A stretch of 52,267 nt of DNA from Miltoncostaeales bacterium (GCA_030829765.1 JAUROO010000094.1:1-52267); one strand, 5' to 3'; shown: positions 1-8,523, counted from the first letter of the stretch. The notes: generated by a model not told the origin, from the sequence alone. Translations and numbers: made by a program.

Positions 1-1658
1 CACTTGGCCACGCTCTCCAGCTCGTTGATGTTGGTCTCGGCCTTGATGAGGCGGGCCAGCTGGCCGGTGTAGTTCACCTCGGGCACGATGATGCGCGTGG
101 CGTTGGCCACGAAGTCCTCGACGCGGCTGGCCGGGAAAGGCCCGAGCACGCGCGGGTAGAACGCGCCGACGGACAGCCCCTGCTCGGCCAGGCGGTCCAC
201 GGCCTCGCGCACCGGGCCGAAGGTGGATCCGAAGCCGATGAAGGCGACGTCGGTGGGCTGCTGCTCGCCGTGGGTGGCCACGCGCGAGGTCTCGCGGATG
301 GGCTCCAGCTTGCCCAGGCGCTTGGTCTGCATGCCCAGGTGGATCTCAGGCGTGTAGCCGGGGTGGCCGTACTCATCGTGCTCGATGCCCGTGGCCACGT
401 ACATGCCGTCCGGCTCGCCCGGAAGACCCATCGGCGACACGCCGCTGTCGGTGTACTCGTACCGCTTGTAGTCCTCGCGGGCGATGCCGGCTGAGGTGGT
501 GCGACGCTTGATGTCCAGCGCATCCACATCGGGCCGGTGGATCACCTCGAGGCGCGTGGCCAGGCCCTGGTCGGTAAGCAGCAGCACCGGAACCTGGAAT
601 TCCTCGGCGTAGTTGAAGGCGTCCACGATCGAGTAGAAGCAGTCCTCCACCGACACCGGGGCGATCACCACGCGCGGTGCCTCGCCGTGGCTTCCGTAGA
701 GCGCCTGGTTCAGGTCGCTCTGCTCGGTCTTGGTGGGGAGCCCTGTGGAGGGGCCGCCGCGCTGGGCGTCCACGATCACCACGGGAATCTCTGCCGTGCC
801 GGCGTACCCGATCAGCTCGTTCATGAGCGAGATGCCGGGACCCGAGGTGGCGGTCATGGCCTTGGCGCCGGTGTAGGAGGCCCCCACGACCGAGGCCAGC
901 GACGCGATCTCGTCCTCGCACTGGATGGTGAGGCCACCGACCTGCGGGAGGCGGACCGACAACCACTCCAGGATGTCGGAGGCCGGGGTGATCGGGTAGC
1001 CCGCGAAGTAGTTGACGCCCGCTGCCACGGCACCCACGGCGATGGCCTGGTTGCCCGAGATGAGCATGCGGTCGGCTTCGACCTCCACCGGGGGAGCCAG
1101 CGGGTAGCGACCCTTCAGGTCGGCCGACTCATCGGCGCCGGCGTGCAGCGCGGCGATGTTGGCATCGGCAACGCCCTCCTTGTGGGCGTAGCGGCGCAGC
1201 ACCAGCTCCTCGATGGGCGTGGTGTCGAAGTCGATCACGGCCGAGATGGCGCCGGCGGCCACCATGTTCTTGGCGCGGGTGGAGCCGCCGATCTCCTTGG
1301 CCAGCTCATCCATGCGCACCGGGCGGGCCCGGGGCAGGTACTCCTCGGGAAGGGCGACCTCCACCGAGTCGTAGAGGATGACTCCCTCGGGGCCCAGTGA
1401 GTCCCAGTTCAGGTCCCAGGCCTCCTGGTTGAAGCACACGAGGAGGTCGACGTCCTTGCCGTGGCTCCAGATGGGCTCGTCGCTCAGGCGGAACTGGTAC
1501 ATGCACGGCCCGCCCTTGATCTCGGCGGGGAATGTGCGGAACGTCTGGGTGTAGTACCCGCCGCGTGCGGCGGCCTGCGTCAGGATGTCCCCGCAGGAGA
1601 TGACGCCCTCACCGGACTCACCGGCAAGGCGGACTACGACGGAGTGTCGTGCGGACAA
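1..1658 (-). CDS. korA: 2-oxoglutarate/2-oxoacid:ferredoxin oxidoreductase alpha subunit; C-terminus lies beyond the window start
   Basis: My own minus-strand translation from TTG at 1658 (GGAGG 4 nt upstream) gives LSARHSVVVRLAGESGEGVISCGDILTQAAARGGYYTQTFRTFPAEIKGGP ... GNQAIAVGAVAAGVNYFAGYPITPASDILEWL ... TATSGPGISLMNE ... DAQRGGPSTGLPTKTEQSDL. The frame is open to position 1. It is absent from the ORF track because it has no stop in the window. Track ORF 537..1400(+) is its antisense shadow. Confidence 0.85.
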   Translation of the reverse strand, partial: MSARHSVVVRLAGESGEGVISCGDILTQAAARGGYYTQTFRTFPAEIKGGPCMYQFRLSDEPIWSHGKDVDLLVCFNQEAWDLNWDSLGPEGVILYDSVEVALPEEYLPRARPVRMDELAKEIGGSTRAKNMVAAGAISAVIDFDTTPIEELVLRRYAHKEGVADANIAALHAGADESADLKGRYPLAPPVEVEADRMLISGNQAIAVGAVAAGVNYFAGYPITPASDILEWLSVRLPQVGGLTIQCEDEIASLASVVGASYTGAKAMTATSGPGISLMNELIGYAGTAEIPVVIVDAQRGGPSTGLPTKTEQSDLNQALYGSHGEAPRVVIAPVSVEDCFYSIVDAFNYAEEFQVPVLLLTDQGLATRLEVIHRPDVDALDIKRRTTSAGIAREDYKRYEYTDSGVSPMGLPGEPDGMYVATGIEHDEYGHPGYTPEIHLGMQTKRLGKLEPIRETSRVATHGEQQPTDVAFIGFGSTFGPVREAVDRLAEQGLSVGAFYPRVLGPFPASRVEDFVANATRIIVPEVNYTGQLARLIKAETNINELESVAK

Positions 1659-1766
1659 CGTGCCTCCAAGGTGGATGTCGCCCGGGACGCGCGTGCCCGG
1701 GCGGCGTACCGGCGGGCCCTGGAGGATTCGGGACACCTGGGAGACGCCGGTTCGATTGCCGGCGGG

Positions 1767-1795
1767 ATGCTAGCCACGCCCCCGCGCGCGGGCAA
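1767..1795 (-). promoter_or_regulatory. candidate sigma-A-type promoter for korA
   Basis: On the minus strand: TTGCCC (1795-1790), a 17-nt spacer, then TAGCAT (1772-1767), about 100 nt upstream of the korA TTG. This is a pattern match only. Confidence 0.25.
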
Positions 1796-1829
1796 TGCGC
1801 CCGCCCACCGGGGGTGACGAAAGCCCCCC

Positions 1830-1854
1830 GACCCCGGTGCCCGGCACCGGGGTC
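1830..1854 (-). terminator. hairpin at the end of the heliorhodopsin operon
   Basis: Perfect 11-bp stem GACCCCGGTGC/GCACCGGGGTC with a 3-nt loop. It overlaps the stop codon (1853-1855) of the 112-aa ORF. On the minus strand it is followed by GGGGGGCTTTCG, which is only a weak U tract. Confidence 0.45.
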
Positions 1855-2191
1855 AGCCGGCGAGGCCCGCCATCAGCACGGGGACGAGCAGGATGCCTGC
1901 GATCAGGGCCAGGGTCGTGCCGCCGGCGACCAGCAGCGCGGGAAGGGGCGGGCGCGTCGCGGTGGTGGCTGCAGCGGCGCCGGCGATGATCGCGACGGTG
2001 CCGATGGCGCCGAGCCCGGCCAGCACGCCGGCGATCACATGCCACCCGGCCCCGTGGGAGCTGGTGACGATGGCGCCGAAGCCCATCACGGGGACCATCG
2101 CGGCGGGAATCAGCACAAACGCCGCGGCGACGATGACCGGCAGCCGGTAGTCGGCCGGGTCGCCGTCTCCGGCCCCCAGCCAGCGGATCAT
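1853..2191 (-). CDS. hypothetical small membrane protein (112 aa, about 3 hydrophobic helices), co-translated with heliorhodopsin
   Basis: The ATG at 2191 overlaps the heliorhodopsin stop (ATGA, 2188-2191). There are three long hydrophobic stretches (LPVIVAAAFVLIPAAMVPVMGFGAIV, WHVIAGVLAGLGAIGTVAIIAGAAA, LPALLVAGGTTLALIAGILLVPVLMAGL). GC3 is high. I recognise no family. Confidence 0.6.
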   Translation of the reverse strand: MIRWLGAGDGDPADYRLPVIVAAAFVLIPAAMVPVMGFGAIVTSSHGAGWHVIAGVLAGLGAIGTVAIIAGAAAATTATRPPLPALLVAGGTTLALIAGILLVPVLMAGLAG

Positions 2192-2949
2192 CCCGCGAGC
2201 GCCGAGGCGAAGATCTGCCAGGCCAGCAGCGACTTCGCCACCAGCGACAGCACCAGGTATGTCTTCTCATACGGGACGATGCCCGCCCACCGACCCTTGC
2301 GCGCGTAGTGCAGCCACATGTTCAGGGCGAAGGTGAAGAACAGGACGAACAGCGAGATGTAGATGGCCCAGATGGCGGCGGGCACCCCGGCGTCGATCTG
2401 CGCGCGCACCAGCACGATGCCGATGGCGATCCACGGGAACGCCCCGGTGATGCACCCGTAGATGAAGGGGCGCCAGTCCACGCGCTCGGTACCCGCCGGG
2501 TTGCGGTGCTCCATCGCCAGGCCGAAGAGGATCATCCCCACGTTGGCGCCGGCGATCGCGATGAGCGCCGTGACCTCCTGCACGCTGCTGACCAGCGCGA
2601 TCAGCACGATCATCAGCGATGCGCTGACCGAGTACTCCCACCAGCGCAGCGGGTTGGTGCCCCGCCCGAGGTTGGCGATGTACCAGCGGTCGATGCCGGG
2701 CAGCGCGCACAGCAGGTGATCGAGTGCTGCGAGGAACAGGAATACCGCCACGAACGTGGCGATGGGCACCTGCCACACCGGCTCCGTTCCGAGGATGGGG
2801 CTGCCGGGCGGGCCGACCATGTACGGGATGGTCACGCCCAGCGTGAACCCGTTGGAGAGCAGCAGGATGGCCACGCCCTGCGCCGCGTGCAGGATCGCGA
2901 GGGCGATGTTCCAGCGGCGGAGGTTTGGCGCGGCCTGCTCGGGCGTCAT
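2188..2949 (-). CDS. heliorhodopsin (retinal-binding 7-TM protein)
   Basis: The 253-aa product is similar along its full length to heliorhodopsin 48C12 as I remember it. Matching segments are AILHAAQG, ALDHLL, RWWEYSVSASLMIVLIA (TM3 Glu), ILFGLAMEH, GCITGAFPWIAIG, ISLFVLFFTFALN and YLVLSLVAKSLLAWQIF (TM7 Schiff-base Lys). Confidence 0.9.
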   Translation of the reverse strand: MTPEQAAPNLRRWNIALAILHAAQGVAILLLSNGFTLGVTIPYMVGPPGSPILGTEPVWQVPIATFVAVFLFLAALDHLLCALPGIDRWYIANLGRGTNPLRWWEYSVSASLMIVLIALVSSVQEVTALIAIAGANVGMILFGLAMEHRNPAGTERVDWRPFIYGCITGAFPWIAIGIVLVRAQIDAGVPAAIWAIYISLFVLFFTFALNMWLHYARKGRWAGIVPYEKTYLVLSLVAKSLLAWQIFASALAG

Positions 2950-2955
2950 GCCGCA

Positions 2956-2965
2956 ACCCTATCGT
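2956..2965. promoter_or_regulatory. overlapping divergent -10-like hexamers, suggesting leaderless heliorhodopsin and trmH-like transcripts
   Basis: Minus-strand TAGGGT (2961-2956) ends 6 nt before the heliorhodopsin ATG (2949). Plus-strand TATCGT (2960-2965) ends 7 nt before the GTG at 2973. Neither start has an SD. This is pattern only. Confidence 0.25.
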
Positions 2966-2972
2966 CCAGCGC

Positions 2973-3758
2973 GTGGACGACGACGCCCTGCGCCACATGT
3001 TCGCCGGCCTGCGCGGCGAGGAGCGCCGGGTGCGCCGCCCTCCCCCCGACGGACGGGGCGGACTGCTGCTGGCCGAGGGCGCGCGGGTGGTGGATCGCTG
3101 CCGGCAGGCAGGCCACCACCTGCGGGCACTGCTGGTGAGCACCGGCTATTCCGGTCCCCTCCCCTCCCCCGCCGTGCCGACGCTGGTCCTGGATCCGGAG
3201 GAGATCCAGCGGCTCACCGGGTTCGGCGCCATGCGGGAGATGCTGGGCGCCTTCGACAGGCCCCCGGACCCGGTGGCCGCCGACGTGCTGCCCGGCGCGC
3301 GGCGCGCCCTGGTGCTGGAAGGCGTGATGAACCCCTCGAACGTGGGCACGATCATCCGCAGCGCCACGGCACTGGGCGTGGATGCCACGCTCATCGGCCC
3401 GGGCTCTGCCGACCCCTTCGGCCGCCGGGCGCTGCGCACGTCAATGGGCGCAGCGCTGGTGCACCCGTGGGCCATCACGGCCGATCCCGTGGCCGATCTC
3501 CGCGCCGCGGGGTTCGCCGTGCTCGCACTCACGCCTGAGGCGGATGCCACCCCCCTGCCCCGGGCACTCGCTGCACGAGCGGGGGGACGCGTGGCGCTGG
3601 CGCTCGGCTCGGAGGGGCCGGGCCTCAGCCCGGGAATGCTGGATGCCGCCGATGCGCGGGTAACGATCCGCATGGCGTCCGGCGTGGATTCGCTGAACGT
3701 GGCCGCGGCGGCCGCGGTCGCATGCTGGCTGCTGGCCCAACCCGGCCCCGCGGAGTAG
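2973..3758 (+). CDS. SpoU/TrmH-family RNA 2'-O-methyltransferase
   Basis: SpoU motifs are present: LVLEGVMNPSNVGTIIRSATALG, LALGSEGPGLS, IRMASGVDSLNVAAAAAVACW. The track start at 2925 would overlap the divergent heliorhodopsin start, so I prefer the in-frame GTG at 2973 (VDDDALRHMF). The exact start is uncertain. Confidence 0.8.
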   Translation: MDDDALRHMFAGLRGEERRVRRPPPDGRGGLLLAEGARVVDRCRQAGHHLRALLVSTGYSGPLPSPAVPTLVLDPEEIQRLTGFGAMREMLGAFDRPPDPVAADVLPGARRALVLEGVMNPSNVGTIIRSATALGVDATLIGPGSADPFGRRALRTSMGAALVHPWAITADPVADLRAAGFAVLALTPEADATPLPRALAARAGGRVALALGSEGPGLSPGMLDAADARVTIRMASGVDSLNVAAAAAVACWLLAQPGPAE

Positions 3759-3830
3759 AGGCGACCACCGGAATCGAACCGGTTCATGGCGGTTTTGCAG
3801 ACCGCTGCGTTCCCACTTCGCCAGGTCGCC
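3759..3830 (-). tRNA. tRNA-Cys (anticodon GCA)
   Basis: Reverse complement: GGCGACC-TG-GCGA..ACGC-A-GCGGT-CTGCAAA-ACCGC-CATGA-ACCGG-TTCGATT-CCGGT-GGTCGCC-T. It folds as a cloverleaf with anticodon GCA and an A13:A22 mismatch, as in known tRNA-Cys. No CCA is encoded (CTA follows). The 3-prime end abuts the trmH-like stop codon. Confidence 0.95.
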
Positions 3831-3854
3831 GTGCGGGAGGAAGGCTAAACGACG

Positions 3855-3875
3855 AACGCCCCCGGTGGGGGCGTT
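3855..3875 (-). other. perfect hairpin between tRNA-Gly and tRNA-Cys (processing or termination structure)
   Basis: AACGCCCCC-GGT-GGGGGCGTT, a 9-bp stem with a 3-nt loop. On the minus strand it is followed by CGTCGTTTAGCC. Confidence 0.4.
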
Positions 3876-3883
3876 CCAGTGAG

Positions 3884-3957
3884 AGCGGATGAAGGGACTC
3901 GAACCCTCGACCTTCTGCATGGCAAGCAGACGCTCTAGCCAACAGAGCTACATCCGC
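3884..3957 (-). tRNA. tRNA-Gly (anticodon GCC)
   Basis: Reverse complement: GCGGATG-TA-GCTC-TGTTGGCT-AGAGC-G-TCTGC-TTGCCAT-GCAGA-AGGTC-GAGGG-TTCGAGT-CCCTT-CATCCGC-T. Length is 74 nt. No CCA is encoded (CTC follows). Confidence 0.95.
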
Positions 3958-3972
3958 AAGGCGGCGGGGAGC

Positions 3973-4764
3973 CTAGCAGGCATCCCGCCAGGGGTCGGTG
4001 TCGCCGCGCGCGAAGGCCACCTCCACGCCGTGCGGCGCAAGGGCCGCAGCCAGCACCGGGGTCCACATCCGCATGGCGTGCTGCTCCACGGCGCCATGGG
4101 CGATGTTCATCAGCCCCATGCCCTCGGCCGCGTCGGCGTCGTGGTACTTCAGGTCGCCGGTCACATAGGCGTCCGCCCCCCACTGCCGCGCGGCCGCGAT
4201 CAGCGACCCGCCCGATCCGGTGCACACCGCCAGGCGCGACACCAGCCGCCCGGGGTCACCCGCCACCCCCAGGTTGGCGCGGCGGGTGCAGAACACCTCC
4301 ACGCACCGCGAAGCCAGCTCGTCCAGCGGCGCCGGATCGATCATCCCCGCCCGGCCCAGCCCCATGGCCGGGTCATCCACGTCCGGCACCAGCGGCACGC
4401 GGTCGCGCATGCCGAGCGCGTCGGCCATCAGGTCGTTCAGCCCCCCGGCCACGGAATCGAGGTTGGTGTGCGCCGCCACCACCGCGATCCGCTCCTCGGC
4501 GGCGCGCAGCACCAGCGCCCCGGCAGTGCGCTGGTCGCTCACCGCCGACAGCGCGGGGAAGATGGGCGGGTGGTGCACCAGCACCAGGTCGGCACCGGCG
4601 CCCCGGGCCTCATCCAGCACATGCGCACGCAGGTCGAGCGCCACCAGCACGCGGGTGACCGGCCGGTCACGACGCCCCACCATCAGGCCGACGTTGTCCC
4701 ACTCCTCGCACAGGCGCATCGGCGCCAGGCGATCGAGCACCGCGAGCAGTTCGCCAACCCTCAC
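3973..4764 (-). CDS. Nif3-like dinuclear metal-centre protein (YbgI/YqfO family)
   Basis: VRVGELLAVLDRLAPMRLCEEWDNVGLMVG ... VLVHHPPIF ... AAHTNLD ... VTGDLKYHDA. The GTG at 4764 overlaps the upstream stop (GTGA). The track's longer N-terminus is Arg/Pro-rich junk. Confidence 0.85.
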   Translation of the reverse strand: MRVGELLAVLDRLAPMRLCEEWDNVGLMVGRRDRPVTRVLVALDLRAHVLDEARGAGADLVLVHHPPIFPALSAVSDQRTAGALVLRAAEERIAVVAAHTNLDSVAGGLNDLMADALGMRDRVPLVPDVDDPAMGLGRAGMIDPAPLDELASRCVEVFCTRRANLGVAGDPGRLVSRLAVCTGSGGSLIAAARQWGADAYVTGDLKYHDADAAEGMGLMNIAHGAVEQHAMRMWTPVLAAALAPHGVEVAFARGDTDPWRDAC

Positions 4765-5078
4765 GTGCGGCCGTCCTTCGCGGTGAAGAAACGCATCATC
4801 ACAAGCGCATCGATGGCGGCGATCACGCCAAGCACCGTCAGCACGATGAGCGACCCCGGCGTGAGGCTGCCCTGCTGGTCGAGGATCAGTCCGATCGCCA
4901 ATGCGCCGACGAACCAGATGAGCGCGCGCCCGAACCGCCCGATGTACACGTGCCCGAGCCCCGGGATGATGAGGCTGAGGATGATGGCGATGGCCACCGA
5001 CCGCCCCCGTGGCCGGCGGGCCGGGCCACGTTGCGGATCGGGGCTCACGCGGCGTAGGCCTGCCGCTCGCGCGCCCAC
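4761..5078 (-). CDS. small membrane protein with a PGLGHVYIG motif
   Basis: Two hydrophobic helices: AIAIILSLIIPGLGHVYIGRFGRALIWFVGALAIGLIL and IVLTVLGVIAAIDALVMM. The start may instead be the in-frame GTG at 4997, which would remove the 34-nt overlap with the upstream MBL gene. Confidence 0.55.
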   Translation of the reverse strand: MGARAAGLRRVSPDPQRGPARRPRGRSVAIAIILSLIIPGLGHVYIGRFGRALIWFVGALAIGLILDQQGSLTPGSLIVLTVLGVIAAIDALVMMRFFTAKDGRT

Positions 5079-5803
5079 TCGACCGGGCCGCCGAACGCCT
5101 GCGCGGCGATCTCCACCGAGCGCGCGCGATCCACGTCGGGCTGGCCGTGCACCAGCAGCAGGCGCCCCGCACCGGCCTCGCGTGCCATCTCGCCTGCCGC
5201 GCGCGCGTTCAGGTGCATCGCGCCGTCAGGGATGACCTGCTCGCCGAACGTGCACTCCAGCACCAGCAGGTCGGTGCCGCGCGCGAGCACCGGGAGTTCA
5301 TGGTTGGGCCGGCAGTCGGCTCCGTAGGTGATGGACCGGCCGCCGTGCTCCACCCGCACCGCATGCGTGGGAGGCAGGTGCGGTACCTCGGCGTGGCGCA
5401 CGATGAGATCGCCGATCCGCATCTCGCCCGCCCCTGCCGGCAGGTCGTGGGCCGTGATGCCCGCCCACGACTCCCCGCCCGCGATGCCCTCCAGCCGGTC
5501 CACCAGGCCGGGGGGCGCATGCACGTGGAGGGGGTGGCCCACGCCCGGGCCATGGGCCATGTACACGCGCGCGGCCAGCAGGTCGGCCAGGTGATCGGGG
5601 TGCAGGTGGCTGATGATCACCGCGTCGAGATCACGGGCGTCGACCTCCGCGGACAGACGGTTGAAGGTACCCGCCCCGAGGTCCAGCGCCACGGCCGTAT
5701 CGCCCGCCCGGATCAGGTAACCGCTCTGGGCCTGATCGGGCAGGCCATAGGCCGCACCGGTTCCGAGTGGGGTGAGCTCGAGGGTCGCGGGCACGCGCCG
5801 CAT
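5045..5803 (-). CDS. MBL-fold metallo-hydrolase
   Basis: HxHxDH motif ISHLHPDH. The N-terminus LTPLGTGAAY and later His/Asp ligands (HAEVPH, LVHGQPD) also fit. Confidence 0.8.
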   Translation of the reverse strand: MRRVPATLELTPLGTGAAYGLPDQAQSGYLIRAGDTAVALDLGAGTFNRLSAEVDARDLDAVIISHLHPDHLADLLAARVYMAHGPGVGHPLHVHAPPGLVDRLEGIAGGESWAGITAHDLPAGAGEMRIGDLIVRHAEVPHLPPTHAVRVEHGGRSITYGADCRPNHELPVLARGTDLLVLECTFGEQVIPDGAMHLNARAAGEMAREAGAGRLLLVHGQPDVDRARSVEIAAQAFGGPVEWARERQAYAA

Positions 5804-5817
5804 GGTATACCGGCCCT

Positions 5818-6657
5818 ATGGTCCGGTCCCTCATCACGCTCGCGGCCCTCGCCGCACTCGGCATCGGCCTCGCAGGCTGCGGTGGCGGCACGGATCTCAC
5901 CGCCGGCATGAGCGCACAGCAGGTGCTGGACGAGGCGTCTGCGAAGACCGACGCCATCACCTCTTACCGCTTCGGGGTGGACGTGAAGGCCACGGCCACC
6001 ATCCCGGGCACCGGAGTGCTGGCCGATGCGCTCCGCAACCCCGTGGAATTGTCCGGCGAGGGGGCGGCGAAGGACCCGGGCGACTTCACCCTCGACCTCA
6101 CCGCGAACCTCGGGCCGGGCGACATCCAGGCCAACATCACCAAGGTCGGTGGAGCGCTGTACGCGTCGGTGCTGGGGCAGGACATCAAGTTGGACGTACC
6201 GGCCGCCACCGTGCGCTCGCTCGACCCCACGCGGCTTGCCCCGGCCATCTCGTCGTGGATGGCCGACCCGGAGATCGTGGGCACCGAGGACATCGATGGC
6301 ATGCCCATGGTGCACCTGCGGGGCGACGTGGATGAGAAGGCGCTGGCCGAGGACCTGTCCGGGCTGGCCGACGGCCTTGGGGCGGATGGCGCCATCACCC
6401 CCGGTGCCGCCGGCGCATCGGGCGACCTGGAGACCGGGACCGTGGATGTGTGGGTGGGGCAGGAGGACCTGCTCATCCACCGGGCGGCCGCCCAGGTGAG
6501 CTCGAGCGACCGCCTGCGCGTGGCGCCTCAGGTGGCGGCCCTCGACCTCGATCTGAGCGCGAGCCTCTCCGACTTCGGGGCCCCGGTCGAGGTGACCGCA
6601 CCCACGGGGGCCCAAACCGTGGACCTCGGCTCCATCACGGCGCTGCTCGGCGGCTAG
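5818..6657 (+). CDS. lipoprotein, LppX/LprAFG-like (LolA-fold) by pattern
   Basis: Signal peptide plus lipobox LAGC|GGG. The layout resembles LprG (Q.VLDEA...T..I.S.RF, ..GALYA.., VDVWVGQEDLL, final VEVTAP). The family assignment is from memory of LprG, not from a search. Confidence 0.6.
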   Translation: MVRSLITLAALAALGIGLAGCGGGTDLTAGMSAQQVLDEASAKTDAITSYRFGVDVKATATIPGTGVLADALRNPVELSGEGAAKDPGDFTLDLTANLGPGDIQANITKVGGALYASVLGQDIKLDVPAATVRSLDPTRLAPAISSWMADPEIVGTEDIDGMPMVHLRGDVDEKALAEDLSGLADGLGADGAITPGAAGASGDLETGTVDVWVGQEDLLIHRAAAQVSSSDRLRVAPQVAALDLDLSASLSDFGAPVEVTAPTGAQTVDLGSITALLGG

Positions 6658-6659
6658 CA

Positions 6660-7799
6660 GTGCGCTTCGGGGCGTTCCTGGCACCGTTCCACGACCCGCG
6701 CGAGAACCCCACGCTCGCCCTCGAGCGCGACCTGGACCTCATCTGCCACATGGACCGCCTGGGCTTCGACGAGGTCTGGGTGGGCGAGCACCACTCCACC
6801 GGCTGGGAGTACATCTCGTCACCCGAGATCTTCCTCGCCGTGGCGGCCGAGCGCACCCGTCGCATCCGCCTGGGGACGGGCGCGGTGAGCCTCACCTACC
6901 ACCACCCCCTCATGGTGGCCGACCGCATCGTGCTGCTGGATCACCTCACGCGTGGGCGCGTGAACCTCGGCGTGGGGCCCGGCGGGCACCTGTCGGATGC
7001 CGCGATGCTGGGCATCCCACCCGCGGAGATCCGGGACCGCATGGAGCACGCCCTCGACGTGATCCTGAGGCTGATGACCACCACCGAGCCCGTCACGGCG
7101 TCCGGTCCCGGCTGGGAACTGCACGATGCCGTGCTGCAACTGCGCCCATACCAGCGCCCGCACCCGCCGCTCGGCATCCCCAGCCTGGAATCACCATTCG
7201 GCATGGCGCTGGCGGGGAGGGTGGGCGCCGCCCCGCTGTCGCTGTTCTTCGGTGCCGCCGACCTGGCCGCGCAGTGGGCCATCACCGAGGAGGCCGCGGC
7301 GCGCGCCGGGCGCGCCGCATCGCGCGGGGACTGGCGGGTGGTGGTGCCCGTGCACCTGGCCGAGACCCGCGAGCAGGCCATTGAGGAGGTCCGCGCCGGC
7401 GGCGGGGAGTGGATGTTCGAGTACGTCCAGGCGCTCACCGGCAGGCCCGCGCCCGTGCCCGGGCCGAAGGACCTCGCGGTCGACCAGATGCTGGAGGCCG
7501 GATCGTGGGTGGTGGGCACGCCGGATGACCTCCTCGCGTTCATCCGTGGGCTGCAGGAGCGCACCGGCGGCTTCGGCACCTTCCTGTGCTGGGGGCACGA
7601 GTGGGCCGGCCCCGAGGCCACCCTGCGCTCGTACGACCTGCTGGCCCGATTCGTGATGCCGGAGATGCAGGGGTCGCTCGAGGGGCTGAGGGCGTCGGGG
7701 GATGTCGCCCGCGCCAAGGCCACGGCGCTGCACCAGCAGCGCGTGGCCGGCGTGGAGGCCGCACGGGAACGGAACGCGCGCGACCGCGGCGACCGGTAG
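6660..7799 (+). CDS. LLM-class (luciferase-like) flavin-dependent oxidoreductase
   Basis: VRFGAFLAPFHDPRENPTLALERDLDLICHMDRLGFDEVWVGEHHS. The GTG at 6660 lies 2 nt after the lipoprotein stop. The track start at 6450 lies inside the lipoprotein gene. Confidence 0.8.
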   Translation: MRFGAFLAPFHDPRENPTLALERDLDLICHMDRLGFDEVWVGEHHSTGWEYISSPEIFLAVAAERTRRIRLGTGAVSLTYHHPLMVADRIVLLDHLTRGRVNLGVGPGGHLSDAAMLGIPPAEIRDRMEHALDVILRLMTTTEPVTASGPGWELHDAVLQLRPYQRPHPPLGIPSLESPFGMALAGRVGAAPLSLFFGAADLAAQWAITEEAAARAGRAASRGDWRVVVPVHLAETREQAIEEVRAGGGEWMFEYVQALTGRPAPVPGPKDLAVDQMLEAGSWVVGTPDDLLAFIRGLQERTGGFGTFLCWGHEWAGPEATLRSYDLLARFVMPEMQGSLEGLRASGDVARAKATALHQQRVAGVEAARERNARDRGDR

Positions 7800-7809
7800 C
7801 CCGTCGCGC

Positions 7810-8523
7810 GTGGGCGACGCCGGCGACAGGCCACTGCTGGTGGTGCGGCACGTGCCATGGGAGGGGCCGCACCGGATCCTGGATGCCTTCGCAGGCGTGC
7901 CCGTGCGCATGGTGGACGTGCTCGACGGGGATGCCGCGCTGCCGGCGCACGACGAGGTGCGCGGTGCGGTGATCATGGGCGGCCCGATGAGCGTGAACGA
8001 TGTCGCCGCGCATCCCGGGCTCGCCACTGAGGTGGAATGGGTGCGGCAGGCCCTCGCACGGGACCTGCCCATGCTCGGCGTGTGCCTGGGCGCGCAGGTC
8101 ATCGCCCGCGCCGCGGGTGCGCCCGTCGCCCCCGGGCCGCAGCCGGAGATCGGCTGGCTGCCCGTGGAGATCGGGGACGCCGACGACCCGGTGCTCGGTC
8201 TCCTCGCCCCCATGACCATGGCCCTGCACTGGCACGGGGAGGCATTTCCGCTGCCGTCCGGGGCCACCCCGCTGGCGCGATCGGCGCTCACCGAGGTGCA
8301 GGCATTCCGCATCGGGCGGGCATGGGGCGTGCTCTTCCACCCGGAGGCCGACGCCACCCTGACCCGGGAGTGGCTGGCCGAGCCGCTCATGCGCGATGAG
8401 GCACTCCGGGCTCTCGGGCCCGACGCCCCGGCGGCCCTCGAGCGGGGCGCCACCCGGCACGGCGAGGTGCTGGCTGCACGGAGCGCCACCGGCTTCGCGG
8501 CCTTCGCCCGCATGTGCGCGTAG
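7810..8523 (+). CDS. class I glutamine amidotransferase-like protein
   Basis: LLVVRHVPWEGPHRI, nucleophile motif MLGVCLGAQVIA, and FHPE near the C-terminus. GTG at 7810. Confidence 0.75.
   Translation: MGDAGDRPLLVVRHVPWEGPHRILDAFAGVPVRMVDVLDGDAALPAHDEVRGAVIMGGPMSVNDVAAHPGLATEVEWVRQALARDLPMLGVCLGAQVIARAAGAPVAPGPQPEIGWLPVEIGDADDPVLGLLAPMTMALHWHGEAFPLPSGATPLARSALTEVQAFRIGRAWGVLFHPEADATLTREWLAEPLMRDEALRALGPDAPAALERGATRHGEVLAARSATGFAAFARMCA

Noticed and set aside
2925-2972. Longest-ORF start of the trmH-like gene at 2925, and analogous long N-termini at 6450, 7702, 9667, 10944, 20910, 22091, 25417, 48779 and elsewhere
   Set aside because: The extensions overlap neighbouring genes, are Arg/Pro-rich, and precede conserved N-termini. 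In-frame internal ATG/GTG/TTG codons at stop/start overlaps or behind SD sequences fit better.
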